Below, one piece after another: positions 59,201 to 64,000 of a stretch of 64,000 nt of DNA (its first letter is position 1; the number at the start of each line of letters is the position of its first letter). The notes under the pieces are model-generated. The model made no database searches and was not told the origin of the DNA. It saw only the letters and a list, made by a program, of their open reading frames with translations. The DNA is from a virus (taxonomy: Duplodnaviria > Caudoviricetes), in the IMG/VR virus record IMGVR_UViG_3300025018_000091; one strand, written 5' to 3'. The position numbers and the translations under genes were made by a program.

Positions 59201-61229
59201 ATTCAGAAGAACTACCATATTGTACTTGAACACCAATACCTTCTTTCCATCTATAAACAAGACCATCTGTAGCATAAAATGTTCTGGTTAATAATCCAGA
59301 AAGAGGATCTACACTTTTATCCTGTATAACAGATTTTTCAGTTATCGGCAATCCTACACTTGGTCCACTTTTATGCTTTGCTATAGGAGATCCTTTATCT
59401 GTAGGATCTCCAGATAGAAGCCACTTATTTTCTTCTAATAACTCTGGATTTTCACTTTTAGCATTTGATGTAATTGTATCAAAATTAGTTTTAAATGGTG
59501 TAAGTGGATCAAAAATCGCTCCATTAAATACATCAACACCAGGATTAAAATTAACTTTTCCTAAATCAAAATATTTAGAATTATCGCTGCAATTAACATC
59601 TATAGTATATTGACCTTCTTGCCAATTATCAGTAGCATTATCTATAATACCAGCAAATATGTGAACGCCTTCTTTTTCATTTATAAATTGAGAACGAACC
59701 ATATTCCATAACCAAGTTGGAAATTCTCTTCCTACATATATTGATTTTTCTATTTGGCTGTCTATACTACCACCCTGATCACTAAACATAGATCCAACAT
59801 CTGCAAATGCGTTTTGTAAATCTGTAAATGATTGAGCTACTTTTTGCAAAACACCGCCACCATTAAACATATTTGTTAAACCACCCAATAAATGATTATC
59901 AAATTTACTTTTAGATGACACATAAACATGCGCAATATCCATGGGTTGAATTAATAGCTTTCCTAAAAAGTTAAAACGTAATTTTCTTCTTGTATAATTA
60001 GTTTTCTCATTCGTAGTTTGAAAAGCGTTATCAGAATTTGCTATTAATGTTAATCTATCGAATATAGTTTTAATTAATCTACCAAATATAGTCAATTCAG
60101 ATTCAGGAACAGCCATTCTAATTCCATTTTCTGATTTTTCTTTTTGTTCATTTAATCCATCTACGCCAGCTATAGTAAATACTGACCCAGAACCATTATA
60201 TATGTATTCCTGCGGCACTTCTACACCAGAATTACCTTTAAGCCCAAAACTCAACAAGGATCCAATAGAATCATATGTAAATGGAATTTCAATCCCTTGT
60301 CTATCTATAATTGCTCTAACACGCTTACTTAACAATGTGTCTGGATTAATTTTAAATGTTATTGGACTAGCACCTCTAATAGATCTTAAATTATTAAGCC
60401 TTGTTTGTAATTCACCAATTAAAATTGATGTACTTTCTTTTCCTAATTGATAAGTTTTGCTATTATAAAATACATTTGTCGCATCAGCAATTGCTTTTTC
60501 AATATCATATTCGGTAATAAGCATAGCTTCATAAGGATCCATTATAGTAAATCTACATGAACCTGGACTAGACATATCTGTTGATACACTACTGCTAATA
60601 TTAGTAAAATTTGTAATTTCTAATACTCCAGTTCCTTCAGCATATTGTGATTTTAATAAGTTAGTGCTATCAACAATCCAGTTAGTATATGGACTGGTAA
60701 TATTGTATCCATATATTCTTTTTAATCTATCTGATACTTTAATCAGACTATCTGTTTCGCCAGTTGAATTAAATTCATTACCTTCATAATCATCTTTTAA
60801 TGATTCTGCAACGCTAAGAATTAATGGAATCATATAGTTATCAACTTGACCAACTATAGAAGTAATCTTTTGTATTTTTGCTAGAGTTTCCAGTTTAGCA
60901 ATTTGATTACATTTATTTTGAAATAATACCTTTATCGTACGATAATATAATTTTTCATCAGCATCCATAAAATCAGGTCTGAAATTTTCTGCTATTGATG
61001 AAAACATTCTTTTTTTAATTAGAACGGTTGCATCTGGTTGCTGTGTTAAAATCTCAAACTGTTTTGGAGTAGTATTATAAGGGTCCTTACGTAGATAGCC
61101 CTCTTCTACATATCTGCGCTCAGCAGATTGATCATATTTAAAATCACCCAAATCTAATGTACGGTTAGTATTTTCTCCCAATGAAAATTGGGAGTTCAAC
61201 TGATCTGTTAATGCGCCTAAAAATCCCAT
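56259..61229 (-). CDS. Baseplate hub (gp27/Mu gp44/VgrG-N-like), large
   Basis: GSCRFTI.DP, IFAGIID, EVFCDTQGHVRIR.P, GNVTISGNEYMQPGEVVFI...YYVQSVRHNF.FG..FTT.L.L. Confidence 0.8.
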   Translation of the reverse strand: MGFLGALTDQLNSQFSLGENTNRTLDLGDFKYDQSAERRYVEEGYLRKDPYNTTPKQFEILTQQPDATVLIKKRMFSSIAENFRPDFMDADEKLYYRTIKVLFQNKCNQIAKLETLAKIQKITSIVGQVDNYMIPLILSVAESLKDDYEGNEFNSTGETDSLIKVSDRLKRIYGYNITSPYTNWIVDSTNLLKSQYAEGTGVLEITNFTNISSSVSTDMSSPGSCRFTIMDPYEAMLITEYDIEKAIADATNVFYNSKTYQLGKESTSILIGELQTRLNNLRSIRGASPITFKINPDTLLSKRVRAIIDRQGIEIPFTYDSIGSLLSFGLKGNSGVEVPQEYIYNGSGSVFTIAGVDGLNEQKEKSENGIRMAVPESELTIFGRLIKTIFDRLTLIANSDNAFQTTNEKTNYTRRKLRFNFLGKLLIQPMDIAHVYVSSKSKFDNHLLGGLTNMFNGGGVLQKVAQSFTDLQNAFADVGSMFSDQGGSIDSQIEKSIYVGREFPTWLWNMVRSQFINEKEGVHIFAGIIDNATDNWQEGQYTIDVNCSDNSKYFDLGKVNFNPGVDVFNGAIFDPLTPFKTNFDTITSNAKSENPELLEENKWLLSGDPTDKGSPIAKHKSGPSVGLPITEKSVIQDKSVDPLSGLLTRTFYATDGLVYRWKEGIGVQVQYGSSSELNGPNKVGAPNISKDPFAGQDIMNVISLLITGVPYNFATYWKAIGAPNYTGDPNANKNAASTFYESIRTSLSKNNLLWGNFIPFKSLSVNESEYAKKLQGQFDIENQNNQINDKLKKLQEIYDRLKIYGVADILKEGTAEIMIKVDSSTYKSLKSEAQKIEKEINTLVKEQIKKTEKEYSIQGNYVEFDMPDNPDFSDDSKQVATKNMYRKKLRRQLNHLTRRMSYNVRANDDKNLFIVDDQYDKDYDIMAYNKELNNIKLFSNSYVSVKENIRSTASLLNLEVFCDTQGHVRIRSPQYNRVPSSVFYRMMYMKDTMGIQVFPDFLNDLFKNQLETLKLQIEIIEDYIRLNCAVLGYNTDFDIYMFIGNYSVDSKKGNNGFFTFISNDDGVIVDIDEIVKNANPDLIGADGTLEVYNNITSQAALQRNVFNTAGRTKALLEVLSGKKLAAAGYSINETDKVLENTVAQDLAERISDKSGMKIKLTDYIDTRPVVISGVVQSEAYTIDTFKIFNDLSERIAERQKAVKLFYSLIKNYGESRSLDDGNNSTSNRLFTAGNFNNSNIPEIFEHMIEDESYDDLGPGSGKRYVIKRSQIQSSSFTETPPPYTIVEVQGTLNPYAPNGLPQGLNSFPSGGNAMTTAQAVDYDTWRNYGFRNQSPINVPFLQDPNRQCAPFASMILSRARKEILRGNVTISGNEYMQPGEVVFIEDRGLLYYVQSVRHNFTFGSSFTTSLELTYGHAPGEYIPTTLDMMGKMLYNNRDLANIIINRQTSSLNETPLGIVMLDQNSRLAINNEGSTSEATSTKYDEQNLRTINNILYSVQQFVNKNDSSTEKKITRVELRMYCDKDHFFDANLAMFIDTIMKTLRGENDWGPKISYGNNENVNATVPWIKNPNALTYKIIDMSNEDDPHSPSQAAINAARDIVATQSSPDHQEYLSHLPPSANQSTNKQKKDQLRVALFTTIVDCWLVYEDVPQTGS

Positions 61230-61230
61230 T

Positions 61231-62121
61231 TTATCCTACAGTAGATATTTTGTTTCCATCATTTGAAAATGGACTATTATACTGGCTAGGTCCATCTTTA
61301 GCACTTCTTGTCCATGGAAAGTAATTCTGTCTATAACCACGTCTTTGAACTGCATTAAATACTAATGTATAATCCAGTAAGAAATTTTCAGCTCGTTCAT
61401 TTATTGACATACTTTCAAAATAACCTTTATACACCCATCCATTATAATACATCTCAACAGAACATGCCAATTCTCCGAGTGAAACGATGTTTTTAGAAGA
61501 CATTGCATTTGCATTTGGAGAATCTGCGCCTAATATTCCACCCAGTAAACCACCGCCTAATGCACTACCAGTTGCTGCACCAGAACTACCAAATAAACCA
61601 CCAACAACCCCACCAACAACCCCACCAACATAATCAACACCAGCCGCTGCTGCATCAGCAGCAGCATTACTTGCTGCTAATGATAATCCAACAGAATCAA
61701 AAGCATATTGTTCGCCACGATAAATTTCATATAACATATTCATACCTTCAATTCCAGAACTTCCTGTTGTTCCTTGAAGATTAATTGTAGTTATATCTTC
61801 TCCCCAATATTGAATCGTGAATCCACCCTTTGTTCTTGATTTATTAATTAATTTCTTATGTTGATAAGTAATCAATTGAGGATTAATATACATTCTTACT
61901 AAACCAAATTCAGGAACAAACCAAGTAATTATATTTCTTTTTATTTGTGTTGGTTTTCCGCTTGGAACTTTTGTATAAGGAAGACCATTTCCATCAGAAG
62001 AAAATGATGATGGGATCATAAATCCATCGCTCTTAAATTGACTTCGTTGTTCCTCTGTAAGAGGATTATTTTCATTTAAGAAGTCTTGAACTGAGTTGGC
62101 GGCATCTCCAAAAAATCCCAT
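61231..62121 (-). CDS. Tail-tube initiator/baseplate core protein (P2 gpU/Afp7-like)
   Basis: MYINPQ.I.Y...K......TKGG...QYWGE....I.L.G.TG; YKGYF.S.S..E; lies between the tape measure and the hub. Confidence 0.7.
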   Translation of the reverse strand: MGFFGDAANSVQDFLNENNPLTEEQRSQFKSDGFMIPSSFSSDGNGLPYTKVPSGKPTQIKRNIITWFVPEFGLVRMYINPQLITYQHKKLINKSRTKGGFTIQYWGEDITTINLQGTTGSSGIEGMNMLYEIYRGEQYAFDSVGLSLAASNAAADAAAAGVDYVGGVVGGVVGGLFGSSGAATGSALGGGLLGGILGADSPNANAMSSKNIVSLGELACSVEMYYNGWVYKGYFESMSINERAENFLLDYTLVFNAVQRRGYRQNYFPWTRSAKDGPSQYNSPFSNDGNKISTVG

Positions 62122-62130
62122 AACATTTCC

Positions 62131-64000
62131 TTATTGCTTAGGTACTGGTAGTCTTGCAGTATCTTGATGTGATGATCTAATCTTTGTTCCACAATTTACA
62201 CAAGCTGTTTCAATATGAAGATTAATATCAATAGGTTCAACTGCTTCTGTTGTAGTTGTTTCCATTGCTTTCCTTTCACTTGCTTCTGCCGCAGCTACTT
62301 CGGCAGATCTAACATTAGATGTATTTTGAACGGCTGTCTTAACTGTAGATGCAGAGGTTGTACCTTCGGCAAATTCTCTAGTATTTTCACCAGCCTTTTT
62401 AATTCTATCCATTTCTTGCTGATATCCTTTTACACCAGTAAGAACAGTTTCAAATCTATTTGCTCTATCATGTAAAGCTTGTTTTTCTTGTTCTGTTTCT
62501 GCTCTAGCTTCTTCTTCTCTTATCCTTGCTAAATTATCTTGAAGTTCTTGCATTTTTTCTGCAGATTTACCCTTATCTCCAGAATCTATTAATGACTTGA
62601 TTCTGCCTACTGGAGCAGTTAATGCCGCAGGTAATCCTTCAAAAAATTCTGACCAACTCTTCATAGCTTCACTAGTTACCTTACCTAATGAACCTATTCC
62701 ACTTTGATTAGCTAAATCTTTTCCAGTAACTCCAATTTCAAGACCTCTTTGTCCACTAAGATTTCTACCTCTCTCCATAGAACGTTTTGTGTTAGCTCTC
62801 ATTTCCTCTTCAGCAGGAATAGACGTCCCTACAAAATCTCGCGTTCCAACTCTTGCCGCCATCGTCTGTTGTAAAAGTCCCAAAGAACCTTGGTTAGCTG
62901 CGCCGCGCGTAGATTCTGCTATACCACGTAATACACCTAAATGTGTTGCAGATAATTCTTGAAATTTTAAACCTTTATCCATTGTTTCTTGAACAATAGT
63001 ATCAGATAATTCTTTTTCAGATATTTTTCCTTCGCTTCTTGCAGAAAATGCTTCTAAAATTCTAGCAGCATCTTGCTCTGATTTAGCAAATGCTCCAAGT
63101 GGTCCTTGTTGCAACATCTGTCTTTGCATAATTGCACGAGATGCAGCAGATTCACTTTTAGCCGCCTCTTCTCCAGTAACAATCTTACCAAATTGTTGTT
63201 GCATTGTACTTTGTACTTTTCTCATAACCTCATCAATATTACCTGACTTAATCATATTTTCAATTTGGAATGCCCCTCTTAAGCCGCCTGCACCACCACT
63301 TCGTTGAGATAAAAATGCCCTTTGTGCAACATCAAGATTAGCTATCTTATTTGTCATGTCTTGTACAATACCAATAGCGGAGGCGCCACTAATACCTGTA
63401 GATTTTAATGCTTTTGTATAATCATTCATCATTCTGGCAGCACCTTGAATAATATCTCCATTCTTCATTCCTTCGCCACCAAACTTTTTTAAATCTTCTG
63501 TTGCTGCTTTTAATGATTGACGAACTACTGATAATTCAACACCAAACTTATTGGAGATCTCACCCATTCTTGCAGTAAACTTTAAAGCATTCTCTCCCTC
63601 TAGACCCATATTTGTATAAGCTAACTTTAAATCATCAATTACTTCAGAATAATCTCTACCACTACCAATAGCATAACTCATTGTAGCGCTTAACATACTA
63701 ACCTTTGCACCACCCTTTTCTGCCATATCTACAGTGCTTTCTAGTGCGCCAGGAACCTGTCCTAATTTCATATAATACTGTTCAGCAACATCTGCTGATA
63801 CTTGCATACTTTCAGCCGTACTTCTAATCATAGCATCATGAATTCCAGACAGTTCATTCATTCTTTCAAATTCAGTTCCAGCAGCATCAGTAACTTTAGT
63901 TAAAGAACCAGTAACTGCTGACATTTGAAATAAACCTGCTTGTAATCTAAGGGCATTATCGGCACTTTTAGCCATTTCTAAAGCAAATGTTTTAACAGCG
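62131..64000 (-). CDS. Tape measure protein, C-terminal part (frame open to the window edge)
   Basis: Ala/Gly/Met-rich helical sequence upstream of the baseplate genes; no stop between 63975 and 64000 in this frame, so the true start lies outside the window. Confidence 0.8.
   Translation of the reverse strand, partial: AVKTFALEMAKSADNALRLQAGLFQMSAVTGSLTKVTDAAGTEFERMNELSGIHDAMIRSTAESMQVSADVAEQYYMKLGQVPGALESTVDMAEKGGAKVSMLSATMSYAIGSGRDYSEVIDDLKLAYTNMGLEGENALKFTARMGEISNKFGVELSVVRQSLKAATEDLKKFGGEGMKNGDIIQGAARMMNDYTKALKSTGISGASAIGIVQDMTNKIANLDVAQRAFLSQRSGGAGGLRGAFQIENMIKSGNIDEVMRKVQSTMQQQFGKIVTGEEAAKSESAASRAIMQRQMLQQGPLGAFAKSEQDAARILEAFSARSEGKISEKELSDTIVQETMDKGLKFQELSATHLGVLRGIAESTRGAANQGSLGLLQQTMAARVGTRDFVGTSIPAEEEMRANTKRSMERGRNLSGQRGLEIGVTGKDLANQSGIGSLGKVTSEAMKSWSEFFEGLPAALTAPVGRIKSLIDSGDKGKSAEKMQELQDNLARIREEEARAETEQEKQALHDRANRFETVLTGVKGYQQEMDRIKKAGENTREFAEGTTSASTVKTAVQNTSNVRSAEVAAAEASERKAMETTTTEAVEPIDINLHIETACVNCGTKIRSSHQDTARLPVPKQ

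Noticed and set aside
1414-62475. All plus-strand ORFs in the track (e.g. 5527..6000, 10925..11326, 24052..24423, 28218..28652, 45201..45557)
   Set aside because: They are antisense shadows of long, motif-bearing minus-strand genes, with low-complexity or biased composition and no family motifs.
1-64000. Stop-codon reassignment (code 15 or 4), as seen in some large phages
   Set aside because: Very long ORFs (up to 2387 aa) are intact in code 11, coding density is near complete, and TGA stops form ATGA couplings.
1-64000. tRNA, rRNA or CRISPR arrays
   Set aside because: Intergenic gaps are under about 150 nt; no cloverleaf or repeat-spacer structure was seen.
33265-64000. Extracellular contractile injection system or bacterial chromosome rather than phage
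   Set aside because: The tail genes are co-oriented with a phage-type replication, RNR, sigma, lysin and homing-endonuclease set; there are no housekeeping operons, and the tubulin lacks dcw-cluster context.

Overview
AT-rich fragment of a large myovirus-type (jumbo-like) bacteriophage genome. All credible genes are on the minus strand, tightly packed, often translationally coupled (ATGA/TAATG overlaps), and read in standard code 11. In transcription order (right to left): a contractile-tail module (partial tape measure, tube-initiator-like protein, 1656-aa hub, spike, gp25-like wedge, baseplate J, 2387-aa and 1348-aa peripheral wedge proteins); a sugar-modification cluster (GT4, two GT2, RmlB-like dehydratase) with a membrane protein and several free-standing endonucleases; a tubulin/FtsZ-family protein, GH25 lysin and UvsW-like helicase; a DnaC-like/DnaB replication block; two FmdB zinc ribbons, a sigma factor, class II RNR, PIN-PhoH and methionine aminopeptidase; and a block of fibre/receptor-binding proteins (collagen, beta-helix, LamG, Ig-like). 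Main unexplained signal: the tripeptide Asp-Gly-Tyr (DGY) occurs 38 times by hand count in nine predicted peripheral virion proteins of unrelated folds, 0 times in the central tail core, and 3 times in about 8,300 aa of non-virion proteins. This suggests a virion-surface modification or recognition sequon, possibly served by the adjacent glycosyltransferase cluster (inference). Also notable: a shared C-terminal KLKAFL tag on two unrelated small proteins, a split dockerin-like EF-hand pair in a baseplate protein, a candidate two-membrane-spanning spanin-like protein, and two candidate promoter classes. All family assignments come from motif recognition by eye; no database searches were run.
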